From NCBI GenBank assembly GCA_963724635.1, contig CAVRVI010000001.1, positions 16,678-80,677 of the forward strand: 64,000 nucleotides of DNA, given 5' to 3'. This stretch comes from an uncultured Chloroflexia bacterium (GTDB lineage Bacteria > Chloroflexota > Limnocylindria > Limnocylindrales > CSP1-4). A model generated the notes under the pieces. That model had not been told where the DNA came from, did no database searches, and saw nothing but the letters and a program-made list of their open reading frames with translations. The translations under genes were made by a program, and so were the position numbers. Each line of letters starts with the position of its first letter. Within the stretch, counting starts at the first letter, position 1. Positions 51,997 to 61,729 of this stretch are shown here, one piece after another.

Positions 51997-53187
51997 TCAG
52001 TCGCCGCGGCCCACCTGGTACGGATCGGTCGTCTCGCGGGACTCGGCGACGATCGAGACCTCGAGCGAGGGCATGGCCTCGAGGACGCGGTCGGCCACGG
52101 ACGAGCGGCGCATGCGATCCAGGGTCGAGGTCGTCCGATGGGGCAGGATCAGGCGCGTCGCCCGTCGGCTCGTGGCCACGGTGACGATCCCGGCGGCGAC
52201 GTCGGGCGCCTCGATCGTCACGATCTCGGCGCCGAGGTCGGTGGCGTCATCCAGGTGCTCGCGGATCCGTCGCACGCGCTCCGACGACGCGCTCGTGTCG
52301 GTCGGCGTCACGACCACGACCGCCAGCAGGGGCGCACGCATGATGGCGGCCATGGCGGCCGCCCGGCGCAGCGCTCGTGGTGCCGCGGGCGACTCATCGA
52401 CGAGGACCAGGACGCGTTCGGTCACGGACTGGAACGGTCGGCTCGAGGCGATCCCCTCCAGCTGGGCATCGACCCGCCCGGTCACGAACCGAAGTGCCAG
52501 CTCGCGCAGCGCCGTCAGGTTCGACTCGGTGAAGAATTGGTCGAGCGCGATCCTCACCCGGTCCTCTGGATAGACGTTCCCATGGCGCATCCGCTGGCGC
52601 AGGGCGAACGGACTCATGTCGACGAGCTCGACTTCGTCGGCGGCGGCCAACACCTCATCGGGGATCCGCTCGTTGACCGGCGCCCCGGTGATGGTCGCGA
52701 CCGCATCGGCCACGGAGTCCAGATGCTGGATGTTGCACGTGCTCACGACATCGATCCCGGCGTCGAGCAGGATGTTCACGTCCTCCCAGCGCTTGGTCCG
52801 CGCCGACCCTGGGGCATTGGTATGAGCGAGCTCGTCGACGAGTGCGACCGTCGGGGCCCGCGCGACGATCGCGTCGGTATCCATCTCCTCGACCACCACG
52901 CCGCGGTACTCCACCCGGCGGCGCGGCACGATCTCGAGGCCATCGAGCAACTTCTCGGTCTCGGGCCGCCCGTGCGACTCCACGAACCCGACGACGAGGT
53001 CGGTCCCGCGATTCGTCCGTCGATGGCCTTCCTCGAGCATCCGGTACGTCTTGCCGACACCGGGCGCCATGCCGAGGTAGACGCGCAGGCGGCCTCGCTC
53101 GCGCTCACCAGGCGCCCCGCGTGTCCTCGAGAGCATCTCCTCGGCGGTCGGACGATCGTCCATCTCGTCGCGACGCAGGTCGGTCAT
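51997..53187 (-). CDS. kdpD: Stand-alone KdpD N-terminal sensor + USP domain
   Basis: LRVYLGMAPGVGKTY, LVDELAHTN, KRWEDV, LRELAL; USP-like C-terminus; no TM segment or kinase. Confidence 0.9.
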   Translation of the reverse strand: MTDLRRDEMDDRPTAEEMLSRTRGAPGERERGRLRVYLGMAPGVGKTYRMLEEGHRRTNRGTDLVVGFVESHGRPETEKLLDGLEIVPRRRVEYRGVVVEEMDTDAIVARAPTVALVDELAHTNAPGSARTKRWEDVNILLDAGIDVVSTCNIQHLDSVADAVATITGAPVNERIPDEVLAAADEVELVDMSPFALRQRMRHGNVYPEDRVRIALDQFFTESNLTALRELALRFVTGRVDAQLEGIASSRPFQSVTERVLVLVDESPAAPRALRRAAAMAAIMRAPLLAVVVVTPTDTSASSERVRRIREHLDDATDLGAEIVTIEAPDVAAGIVTVATSRRATRLILPHRTTSTLDRMRRSSVADRVLEAMPSLEVSIVAESRETTDPYQVGRGD

Positions 53188-53206
53188 CGACACCACCCCC
53201 TCGCGC

Positions 53207-53809
53207 TCATGACGCCAGCAGACCGTCCAGGTCCAGGTTGAGGAGCAGGACATGCACCCGCGCCTGCCCGAGGAACCCGAACATCGGCTGCTCCGTGTGG
53301 CGGGCGACCGCCGCGCGGACATCGTCCTCCGACATGCCGCGAGCCGAAGCCACGCGAGCGACCTGGTACTCGGCCGACGCGGGGCTGATGTCCGGGTCGA
53401 GCCCGGAGGCCGACGTCGTGACCATGTCGACCGGGATGGGCTGGTCGCCATTCGCGGCTCGAAGCGCCGCGACCTGTTCGGTGATGCGGTCGATCAGGTC
53501 CGCGTTCGTCGGCCCGAGTTGCGAGCCGGCCGAAGCGGTCCCGTCGTAGCCATCCGGGTTCTCGTCGGTGACCCCGGCCGCCGAGAGCCGACCCCAGAAG
53601 TACGTCGGATCGCTGAAGGCCTGACCGATGAGGCTAGAACCGATGGTCCGCCCGTCCGCAGTCTGGATGAACGAGCCGTTCGCCTGGTGGTTGAAGGCGA
53701 TCTGTCCGACGGCCGTCACCGCGAGTGGGTAGAGGAAGCCGGTCACGACCGTCATCGCGATGAGCAACGCGATGGCGGGCCAGAGTCGCTGTCGAAGGAA
53801 GGTGGTCAT
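53207..53809 (-). CDS. kdpC: K+-transporting ATPase subunit C
   Basis: [39 protein letters not shown]. Confidence 0.95.
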   Translation of the reverse strand: MTTFLRQRLWPAIALLIAMTVVTGFLYPLAVTAVGQIAFNHQANGSFIQTADGRTIGSSLIGQAFSDPTYFWGRLSAAGVTDENPDGYDGTASAGSQLGPTNADLIDRITEQVAALRAANGDQPIPVDMVTTSASGLDPDISPASAEYQVARVASARGMSEDDVRAAVARHTEQPMFGFLGQARVHVLLLNLDLDGLLAS

Positions 53810-53819
53810 CGATGTCGTC

Positions 53820-55983
53820 CTATGCGAGGTTCAGGGCGGTGACGATCGACGTCGATCGCCTTGATCCCGATGAACGGGGCGATGATCCCGCCGAGGCCGT
53901 AGATGAGGAGGTTGCGCTGCAGGAGCACGCTCGCCGGGGCCGGCTTGAACGAGACGCCGCGCAGGGCGAGCGGGATGAGCGCGACGATGATCAGGGCGTT
54001 GAAGATGACCGCCGAGAGGATCGCGCTCTGCGGCGTGGACAGGCCCATCACGTTGAGGGCGTCGAGCTCCGGGTAGACCGCGACGAACATCGCCGGCACG
54101 ATCGCGAAGTATTTCGCCAGGTCGTTCGCGATGGAGAAGGTCGTGATCGACCCTCGCGTGATGAGCAGCTGCTTGCCGATCGCGATGACCTCGAGCAGCT
54201 TGGTCGGATCCGAATCGAGGTCGACCATGTTGGCCGCGTCCTTGGCCGCCGACGTGCCACTGTTCATGGCCAGGCCGACGTCGGACTGCGCCAGCGCGGG
54301 CGCGTCGTTGGTGCCGTCGCCCGTCATCGCGACGAGGTGCCCCTCGGCCTGCTGCGCCCGGATGAATGCGATCTTCTCCTCTGGCGTGGCCTGCGCGATG
54401 AAGTCATCGACGCCGGCCTCCTTGGCGATGGTCGCCGCGGTCCGCGGGTTGTCGCCGGTGATCATCACCGTCCGGATTCCCATCCGACGGAACTCGGCGA
54501 ACCGCTCCACGAGCCCTTCCTTGACGGTGTCCTTGAGTTCGATCACGCCGAGGACGCGGCCCTCGCTTTCGAGGACGAGCGGCGTCGCACCGAGATCGGC
54601 GATCCGGTCGGCCTCGTTGGCCACGCCCTCCGGCAGCGTGCCGACCTTCTTCTCGATCGCGTCGACGGCGCCCTTCAGGATCGTGACGCCAGCCGTGGTC
54701 CTGACCCCGCTGGTGCGGGTCTCCGCACGGAAGGCGATCTCCTCGGCGATCGTCGCGCCCAGCTCCGCGAACGCGGCGTCGTCACCGACACCCCCGGGCC
54801 TGCCGAGCTCGGTGAGGCGCTTCCGTGCCAGATCGACGACGGAGCGGCCCTCCGGCGTCTCGTCCCGGATGGAGGACACGAGCGCAGCCTCGGTCGCCTC
54901 CGCCTCGCTGACGCCGGCAGCCGGCGTGATGGAGGCGGCCAGGCGGTTGCCATAGGTGATGGTGCCCGTCTTGTCGAGCAGGATGACGTCGACGTCGCCG
55001 GACGCCTCGACGGCTCGACCGCTCATGGCCAGCACGTTGAACCGCGCGACGCGGTCCATCCCGGCGATCCCGATGGCGGACAGCAGCCCGCCGATCGTGG
55101 TCGGGATAAGGCAGACGAGAAGAGCGACGAGCGCTACGGTCTGGACCGCCGTTCCGGCGAATAGCCCGAACGGTCGAAGCGTCACTGTCGCCATGAGGAA
55201 GATGACCGACAGCCCCGCGAGGAGGATCGCGAGGGCGATCTCGTTCGGCGTCCGCTGACGCTTCGCTCCCTCGACGAGGGCGATCATCCGGTCGAGGAAG
55301 GTCTCGCCCGGATCGGTCGTGACGAGCACGACGATCTGGTCGCTCACCAACGTCGTCCCGCCGGTCACGGAGCTGCGGATATCGGTCCCGGGCTCCTTGA
55401 GGACGGGCGCCGATTCCCCGGTGATCGCCGCCTCGTTGACGAACCCGATCCCCTCGATGACGTCGCCATCACCGGCGATCGTCTCGCCCTCCCTGACCAC
55501 GATGATGTCGCCCTTGCGAAGTTCGGAGGAGCCGACGTCCTCCAACGTTCCGTCCGCGGCGCGGCGGTGGGCCGTCGTCGCCGAACGCGTCTTGCGAAGG
55601 GTCGCTGCCTGGGCGCGACCGCGAGCTTCCGCCACGGCCTCGGCATACGTCGCGAAGAGCACCGTGAACCAGAGCCAGACGGCGATCTGGATCGAGAAGC
55701 CGAGGCCGGCGCTGTCGTCGGCGGGCGCCGTGCCCGTGATGTCGGCGATGGCGATCAGCGTCACGAGGACGGCCGTGATCTCCACGACGAACATGACCGG
55801 GTTCTTGATCAGCAACCGCGGGTCGAGCTTGCGGAAGGCGTGCGGGATGGCGGACCGAAGCAGGTCCGGGTCCAGGATGCCCTTGGGGCGGGGCGCTTCC
55901 CCGCCCGGCTTCACGCCCCCGAGCGTGACGAAGCGCTGGAAGCGGCGCGTGCCACGACCCAGATCGACAGACATGAGAGCCAT
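53820..55983 (-). CDS. kdpB: K+-transporting P-type ATPase subunit B (indel near 53862)
   Basis: [43 protein letters not shown]. Confidence 0.96.
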
Positions 55984-57695
55984 CAGGAGACCTTCCCCGC
56001 ATTCTGGATGAGCTGCTCGACGATCGGACCCAGCGCGAGCGCCGGGAAGAACGTGAGCGCGCCCACGATGATCACGACCCCGATGAGCAGGACGACCCAC
56101 AGGACGCCCGTCGTCGGGAACGTGCCGAGCGACGGGGCGACCCGGCGCTTGGCCGCCATGGAGCCGGCGAGCGCCAGGATCGGCACGATCATCCCGTAGC
56201 GACCGATGAGCATCGCGAGGGCGCCGGTGACGTTGTAGAAGGGCGTGTTCCCCGTCAGGCCGCCGAAGGCCGAGCCGTTGTTGGCGGTCTGACTGGAGTA
56301 GGCGTAGAGGATCTCGCTGAACCCGTGCGGGCCCGGGTTGAGCGGGCCGGCCGTCCCTTCCGGGAGCACGCTCGCGAGGGCCGTGAACCCCAGGATGCTG
56401 GCACCCAGCACGAGGGCGACGAGCATCGCCATCTTGATCTCGAAGGACTCGACCTTCTTGCCCAGGTACTCCGGGGTCCGGCCGACCATCAGGCCGGCGA
56501 TGAACACCGCGAGGATCGCGCCGATGACGAGCATGCCGTACATGCCGGCACCGATCCCGCCAGGCGAGATCTCGCCGAGCTCCATGTTGAAGAGCGGGAC
56601 CAGCCCGGCGATGGGCTGGAGGCTGTCATGCCAGGCGTTGATGGCGCCGGTGCTCGTGCCGGTCGTGACCGCGGCGAACAGGCCGCCGAGCGCCGCCCCG
56701 AAGCGGACCTCCTTGCCTTCCATGTTGCCGAACCCGACCTGGTCGACCTGCGTCGGGAAGAGCGGGTTTCCGACGAACTCGTGGTTCATCGCGACGACGG
56801 CACCGACGACCAGGATCAACGCCATCGCGCTCGCGATGGTCCAGCCCTGGCGCTGGCTGCCGGCATACCGGCCGAAGGTGTAGGTCAGGGCGAACGGCAT
56901 CATGAGGATGGCGAACATCTCGAGCCAGTTCGTCAGTGGCGTCGGGTTCTCGAACGGATGGGAAGAGTTGGCATTGAGGAACCCGCCGCCGTTGTTGCCG
57001 AGCTCCTTGATGAACTCCTGCGAGGCGATCGGACCGAACGCGATCGACTGCTGACCGCCCTGCAGGGTGGTGACGGTCTGGTTCGGATCCCACGTCTGCG
57101 GGACGCCCTGCCAGACGAGGACGATGGCGCCGACGATGGCGATCGGCAGCAGGATGTACAGGATGCCGCGGGTGAAGTCGACCCAGTAGTTGCCGATGGT
57201 CGTCGACGTCCGGCGGGTGAGGCCGCGGAAGAGGGCGATGGCGATCGCCATGCCCGTGGCGGCTGACGTGAAGTTGCGGACGGCGAGCATCGCTGACTGC
57301 GTGAGGTACGTGGCGCCCGTCTCGCCCGAGTAGTTCTGCCAGTTGGTGTTCGTCTCGAAGCTGACCGACGTGTTGAACGCGAGATCGGGCGACATCGCGG
57401 CGATGCCGCCCTGGTTGAGCGGCAGGATGTCCTGCAGGCGGAGAACGACATACCCGAGGATGATCGCGCTGAAGGCCAGGACGAGGACGGCGACCGCGTA
57501 GCCCTTCCAGGTCTGCTCGGCGGTCTCGTCGACCCCGGCGAAGCGATAGACGAGTCGCTCCAACGGTCGCACGATCGGGCTGAGGAAGACCCGCTCACCC
57601 TCCATCACCCGGTGGATGTACCGACCGAGGAACGGTGTCGTGATGAGCACCGCCACAGCCAGTGTGGCGAGCGTCAGGAAATCATTGATGGCCAC
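55983..57695 (-). CDS. kdpA: K+-transporting ATPase subunit A
   Basis: [40 protein letters not shown]. Confidence 0.96.
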   Translation of the reverse strand: MAINDFLTLATLAVAVLITTPFLGRYIHRVMEGERVFLSPIVRPLERLVYRFAGVDETAEQTWKGYAVAVLVLAFSAIILGYVVLRLQDILPLNQGGIAAMSPDLAFNTSVSFETNTNWQNYSGETGATYLTQSAMLAVRNFTSAATGMAIAIALFRGLTRRTSTTIGNYWVDFTRGILYILLPIAIVGAIVLVWQGVPQTWDPNQTVTTLQGGQQSIAFGPIASQEFIKELGNNGGGFLNANSSHPFENPTPLTNWLEMFAILMMPFALTYTFGRYAGSQRQGWTIASAMALILVVGAVVAMNHEFVGNPLFPTQVDQVGFGNMEGKEVRFGAALGGLFAAVTTGTSTGAINAWHDSLQPIAGLVPLFNMELGEISPGGIGAGMYGMLVIGAILAVFIAGLMVGRTPEYLGKKVESFEIKMAMLVALVLGASILGFTALASVLPEGTAGPLNPGPHGFSEILYAYSSQTANNGSAFGGLTGNTPFYNVTGALAMLIGRYGMIVPILALAGSMAAKRRVAPSLGTFPTTGVLWVVLLIGVVIIVGALTFFPALALGPIVEQLIQNAGKVS

Positions 57696-57697
57696 GC

Positions 57698-57787
57698 TCA
57701 GAAGTCCTCAGGGCGAAGCAGCGCCCACAACAGGTAGACGAAGGTGAACAGGGCGGCGACGCCGGCTACGACCTCGATGACGTTCAT
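57698..57787 (-). CDS. kdpF: KdpF (MNVIEVVAGVAALFTFVYLLWALLRPEDF)
   Basis: 29-aa hydrophobic peptide with YL..ALLRPE.F directly before kdpA; manual translation. Confidence 0.88.
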   Translation of the reverse strand: MNVIEVVAGVAALFTFVYLLWALLRPEDF

Positions 57788-57873
57788 CGTCCGACCCGCT
57801 CGCACAGCAGCAGATATCCCGAGAAGAACGCGATGCAGGCGATGAAGATCGCGACGATGTGCAGGTCGGTCAT
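57784..57873 (-). CDS. Second 29-aa membrane peptide upstream of kdpF (MTDLHIVAIFIACIAFFSGYLLLCERVGR)
   Basis: ATGA overlaps at both ends; hydrophobic core with a CER tail. Confidence 0.72.
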   Translation of the reverse strand: MTDLHIVAIFIACIAFFSGYLLLCERVGR

Positions 57874-58262
57874 GACTCCGTGGACTCCTTGGGCTCCGTG
57901 GTCAGCAGCCGATCGAGCGTCGACCGGAGCGTGTCAAGCGCGAATGGCTTGGGCAGGTATCCGGCAACACCGAATTCGCGAAGACGGCCTGGACTGACCG
58001 CCATCGCACTCGCGACGACGACCGGTGGGTGTCCAGCGGCCGCGAAGGCCTCGCTCCGCAGGACCGACCAGCCGGTCTCGCCGGGCAGGTTGATATCGAG
58101 CAGGATCAGGTCGGGGCGTGCACCGTCGGCGAGCGACGCCTGGGCCGCCTCCGCCGTCGGGGCGACCGTCACGACATACCCGTGTGCCACCAGGTGCGCC
58201 GACAGGAGGCCGGCGAGTGGCTCGTCGTCCTCGATGAGCAGAAGGTGGGCGCCACCGCTCAT
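57870..58262 (-). CDS. Single-domain response regulator (receiver only)
   Basis: LLIEDD, DLILLDINLP, YLPKPF; no output domain. Confidence 0.88.
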   Translation of the reverse strand: MSGGAHLLLIEDDEPLAGLLSAHLVAHGYVVTVAPTAEAAQASLADGARPDLILLDINLPGETGWSVLRSEAFAAAGHPPVVVASAMAVSPGRLREFGVAGYLPKPFALDTLRSTLDRLLTTEPKESTES

Positions 58263-58513
58263 GCGGGCACCTCACGCCGGACCCGGACGTCGTTGGTCGT
58301 CTCGTCCGGGCCCCACAGACGTTCGATGACGACGCCTCGCTCGGCGGCGATCGGACCCACGAGATCGACGACGACGTCGGTCAGCCGAAGGCCGCCGACC
58401 GTGGTCGACGGGGCGCCCCCCGAGGCCACGAGGTCGATCGCGCTCATGACGAGCTCGACCTCGCGGTCGATGGCGTCTCGGACGTCGCGCGTGGACGCTT
58501 CCTGATCGGTCAT
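58259..58513 (-). CDS. Hypothetical 84-aa protein, first gene of the kdp transcript
   Basis: MTDQEAST...; ATGA-coupled to the receiver gene. Confidence 0.6.
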   Translation of the reverse strand: MTDQEASTRDVRDAIDREVELVMSAIDLVASGGAPSTTVGGLRLTDVVVDLVGPIAAERGVVIERLWGPDETTNDVRVRREVPA

Positions 58514-58566
58514 GCCTTCACATTCCCGCACGGCCCCAAGAGGCGGACGGGCCGTCAGGCCCATCC

Positions 58567-58587
58567 ACCGCTCAAGGACCGCTCAAG
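58567..58587 (-). promoter_or_regulatory. Candidate KdpE-binding direct repeat
   Basis: CTTGAGCGGT-C-CTTGAGCGGT (11-bp period) between kdpE and the structural operon. Confidence 0.6.
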
Positions 58588-58595
58588 AACGGCGA

Positions 58596-59321
58596 TCAGG
58601 GGGCGACGATGCGGTACCCCACCCCGGGTTCGGCCACGATCAGGCCGGCCAGGGACCCGTCCGGGTCGACAGCGGCGATCTTGCGGCGGATCTGGCTGAC
58701 GTAGACATGGACGTAATGGGCCTCGTCGCTGTACGCGGTGCCCCAGACGGACCGCAGGAGCCGGCCATGCGTGACCAGGCGACCGGCGTGGGTCAGCAGC
58801 ACCTTGAGCACTTCGTACTCACGCGGCGTCAGGTGCACGGTGCGCCCATCCACCGCGACCCGGCGCTGAGCGATATCCAGCGTCAATGGCCCGATCCTGA
58901 TCTCACCCGCGGCGTCGGCGGCGGGGCCGGCCGCGCGCCGCAACAACGCGTCGATCCGGGCTCGCAGCTCGGTCATGCCGAACGGCTTGGTCACGTAGTC
59001 GTCGGCGCCGAGGTCCAGCGCGGCCACCTTGTCGCCCTCCCGATCCCGGGCCGACAACACGAGGATCGGGGTCGTGGCCTCGCGGCGGATGTGGCGGATG
59101 ACCACGAGGCCATCTTCATCGGGCAGTCCCAGGTCCAGCACGATGAGATCGGGCCGGGCACGTTCCCATGCCGCGGTCGCCGATCGCGCGTCGCCCGACT
59201 CCGTGACGTCGTGGCCATGGCCGTGCAGGAATGTCGCGATCGACCGCCGCGTCGCCTCGTCGTCCTCGACGAGGAGGATCGAGGCCGCGTCCTGCATCCG
59301 GGTCGTGGTCGGAGTCGTCAA
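58596..59321 (-). CDS. kdpE: OmpR-family response regulator
   Basis: LVEDD, DLGLPDEDG, ALDLGADDYVTKPF, LTPREY, LLRSVWG, EPGVGYR. Confidence 0.9.
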   Translation of the reverse strand: MTTPTTTRMQDAASILLVEDDEATRRSIATFLHGHGHDVTESGDARSATAAWERARPDLIVLDLGLPDEDGLVVIRHIRREATTPILVLSARDREGDKVAALDLGADDYVTKPFGMTELRARIDALLRRAAGPAADAAGEIRIGPLTLDIAQRRVAVDGRTVHLTPREYEVLKVLLTHAGRLVTHGRLLRSVWGTAYSDEAHYVHVYVSQIRRKIAAVDPDGSLAGLIVAEPGVGYRIVAP

Positions 59322-60907
59322 ACCCCGTCCCCCGTCCGCTCCGCGGCTGCCAGCGGGACCTCGAACTCGATGGCGAGTCCGCCGAGCTCGCTCCGTCGCG
59401 CAGTGACCGCACCGCCCATCGCCTCGACCAGTCCGCGAACGACCGCCAGGCCGATACCGGTTCCCCGTCGCGAGCCCTCACCCTTGCGAGGCAGCCGGTA
59501 GAACTTCTCGAACAGGCGTGGCAGCGCGTCGTCCGGCACGCCCTGGCCACCATCCTCGACGACGATGCGGACGCGGGGCTGCGCCGTGAGCGCCGCCGTG
59601 ATCCGGATCGGAGCGCCCGGGCCGGCGTACTTCGCTGCGTTGTCGATCGTGTTGGCCAGCACCTGGCCGAGCAGGACCTCGTCAACGAGGACGGGGGGCA
59701 GGTCGAGAGGCACCTCCACGATGACCTCGTGCCCGACCAGGACGGCCGCCGCACGCTGGACGGCCTCCTCGACGAGATCCGCGATGGGGATCGCGGCAAG
59801 ACTCGGTCGGAGTTCGCCGGCATCCACGCGACTCATGTCCAGCAGATTCGTGACCAGCCGGTTGAGCCAATCCGCCTCGCGATCGATCGAGGCGGCGATC
59901 TCGCGACGCTGCTCGGCCGGCCAATCGACGTCGGGGTCCATCAGGGTCCCGGCCGCGGCCCGGATCGACGCGAGTGGCGTCCGGAGGTCGTGGGAGACCG
60001 AATCGAGCAGCGCCGACTTGAGCGCGTCGCTCCGCCGGGAGATCTCGGCGGTCGTCGCCTCGCGTTGCAGCCGTTCGCGCTCGAGTGCGCCGCCGATCTG
60101 GTCCGCGGCTGCGGCCAGGACACGCGTCTCGCCGGGGTCGGGGTCCCCAAGATCGCGAGCGCGGCTGACCCACACGGACCCGTAGACCTGGTCGCCGGCG
60201 GTGATGGCCACCCGGTACGGGATCTCGTTCGACGCGCCGGCGGAACGGCCGCCGCGGGTCGGGGCGTGGACGCGGACCCACTCGGCCGGCTCGTCGCCCG
60301 GCCGCCGCCGCAGGACCACGTGGACGGCGGGCACCGGTGTCGCGGTCGTGGCAGGCGCCGCCGTGTCCGCCGTGACCGCTTCCCCCACGGTGATCCATGC
60401 CCGCCCGGAATCGGTCTCATCGCGGACGATCTCCGCGATCCGCCCCAACGTCGCCGAGGTGTCGCGGTCGCTCGCGAGCGTGAAGCTGATGTCGAACATC
60501 GCCGACGCCTCGCGCTCCCGCTCCAGCGCGACCACGGCGCGATCTCGCTCCTGACCAGCGAGCCGGCCGACGACGACGCCGACGACGAGGAGCAGGAGGA
60601 GGTTCAGCCACTCGGCGGGATCGCGGACGGTGAACGTGTAGGTCGGCTCGATGAAGAAGAAGTCGTAGGCGAGGAATGCGCCGACGGCTGTGAGGATCGC
60701 CGGTCCCGTCCCGCGGAGTACCGCAACGCCCACGACGGCCAGGAGATACGCCGGTGAACCATCGGCCAGACCCGCCGCTTCGAGGATCCTGATCGCGCCA
60801 CCGCCGACCACGAGGGCCGCCACGATGATGGCGCCGGTCCCCAGGTTCCGTCTGAGCTGGCGACCGGGCACGAGGCGGGATCGGATGGTCGTGGGCGAGT
60901 CCGTCAT
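59318..60907 (-). CDS. kdpD: Membrane histidine kinase = C-terminal half of KdpD (TM/DUF4118-GAF-HisKA-HATPase)
   Basis: AYDFFFIEP.YTF, LLDSVSHDLRTPL, NTIDNAAKY, DGGQG, GTGIGL. Confidence 0.88.
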   Translation of the reverse strand: MTDSPTTIRSRLVPGRQLRRNLGTGAIIVAALVVGGGAIRILEAAGLADGSPAYLLAVVGVAVLRGTGPAILTAVGAFLAYDFFFIEPTYTFTVRDPAEWLNLLLLLVVGVVVGRLAGQERDRAVVALEREREASAMFDISFTLASDRDTSATLGRIAEIVRDETDSGRAWITVGEAVTADTAAPATTATPVPAVHVVLRRRPGDEPAEWVRVHAPTRGGRSAGASNEIPYRVAITAGDQVYGSVWVSRARDLGDPDPGETRVLAAAADQIGGALERERLQREATTAEISRRSDALKSALLDSVSHDLRTPLASIRAAAGTLMDPDVDWPAEQRREIAASIDREADWLNRLVTNLLDMSRVDAGELRPSLAAIPIADLVEEAVQRAAAVLVGHEVIVEVPLDLPPVLVDEVLLGQVLANTIDNAAKYAGPGAPIRITAALTAQPRVRIVVEDGGQGVPDDALPRLFEKFYRLPRKGEGSRRGTGIGLAVVRGLVEAMGGAVTARRSELGGLAIEFEVPLAAAERTGDGV

Positions 60908-61614
60908 GGCTCGCCGCGCACGATCCGGCGAGCGTGCCGGGTCACCCGGACGAACTCCGTGAAGTGCCGCAACGGCTGGATGTGCGAGGGCTCTCCGGCG
61001 TAGATGGTCCGGATGGGGACCCAGGCGATCGGCAGGCCCAGGGCGATGCACCGGGCGATCATCTCGACCTCGAACTCGAAGCCGGCCTCCTCGCTGCTCA
61101 GCAGGTTGCGCATCAGCGTTCGCCCGATGAGCCGATAGCCCGACTGGTTGTCCGGCACGGACCGGCCGACCGCCGCGGACAGCGCCCAGCCACCGAGCGT
61201 GTTGGAGAGCCGCCGGACTGGGGGCATGGCCGAGAAGTCGCGCCTTCCGATGACGAGTTCGGGGCGGGCCGCGGCGAACGCCTCGAGGAACGCCGGGATC
61301 TCGTCGGGATCGTGCTGCCCGTCGGCGTCGAGCGTGACGACGGCGTCGGCGCCTGCATCGAGGGCATGGCGGAACCCGGCGCGCAGGGCGGCCCCCTTGC
61401 CCGCGTTGGGGTCCTGGCGCAGGACGGTGGCGCCCGCGGCCTCCGCGATGGTCGCCGTGTCGTCCGTCGAGCCGTCATCGACCACGACGACGGGCAGGTG
61501 GCGACGGGCGGCCGTCACGACCGGACCGACGCGCGGTCCCTCCTGGAACGCCGGGATCAACGCGATGACCGTCGCCCCCGGTCGTGGCGGCTCCGGCGTC
61601 CCTGGCTGGCTCAT
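60904..61614 (-). CDS. GT2-family glycosyltransferase (DPM1-like)
   Basis: IPAFQE, VVDDGSTD, GKGAAL, LDADGQH, DNQSGYR, FEFEVEM. Confidence 0.9.
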   Translation of the reverse strand: MSQPGTPEPPRPGATVIALIPAFQEGPRVGPVVTAARRHLPVVVVDDGSTDDTATIAEAAGATVLRQDPNAGKGAALRAGFRHALDAGADAVVTLDADGQHDPDEIPAFLEAFAAARPELVIGRRDFSAMPPVRRLSNTLGGWALSAAVGRSVPDNQSGYRLIGRTLMRNLLSSEEAGFEFEVEMIARCIALGLPIAWVPIRTIYAGEPSHIQPLRHFTEFVRVTRHARRIVRGEP

Positions 61615-61644
61615 GTGCGCAGTATCGCGCCCCGGTCGCCGATT

Positions 61645-61662
61645 CTCAGGACCGACTCAGGA
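61645..61662 (+). promoter_or_regulatory. Candidate OmpR-family (MprA-like) direct repeat
   Basis: CTCAGGA-N4-CTCAGGA, 11-bp period. Confidence 0.4.
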
Positions 61663-61729
61663 AGGCCCGCCAGGGTGACGACAGATCCGACGCTCCCACC
61701 CGTCGCAGACACGCCATACGGAGGCCTAC

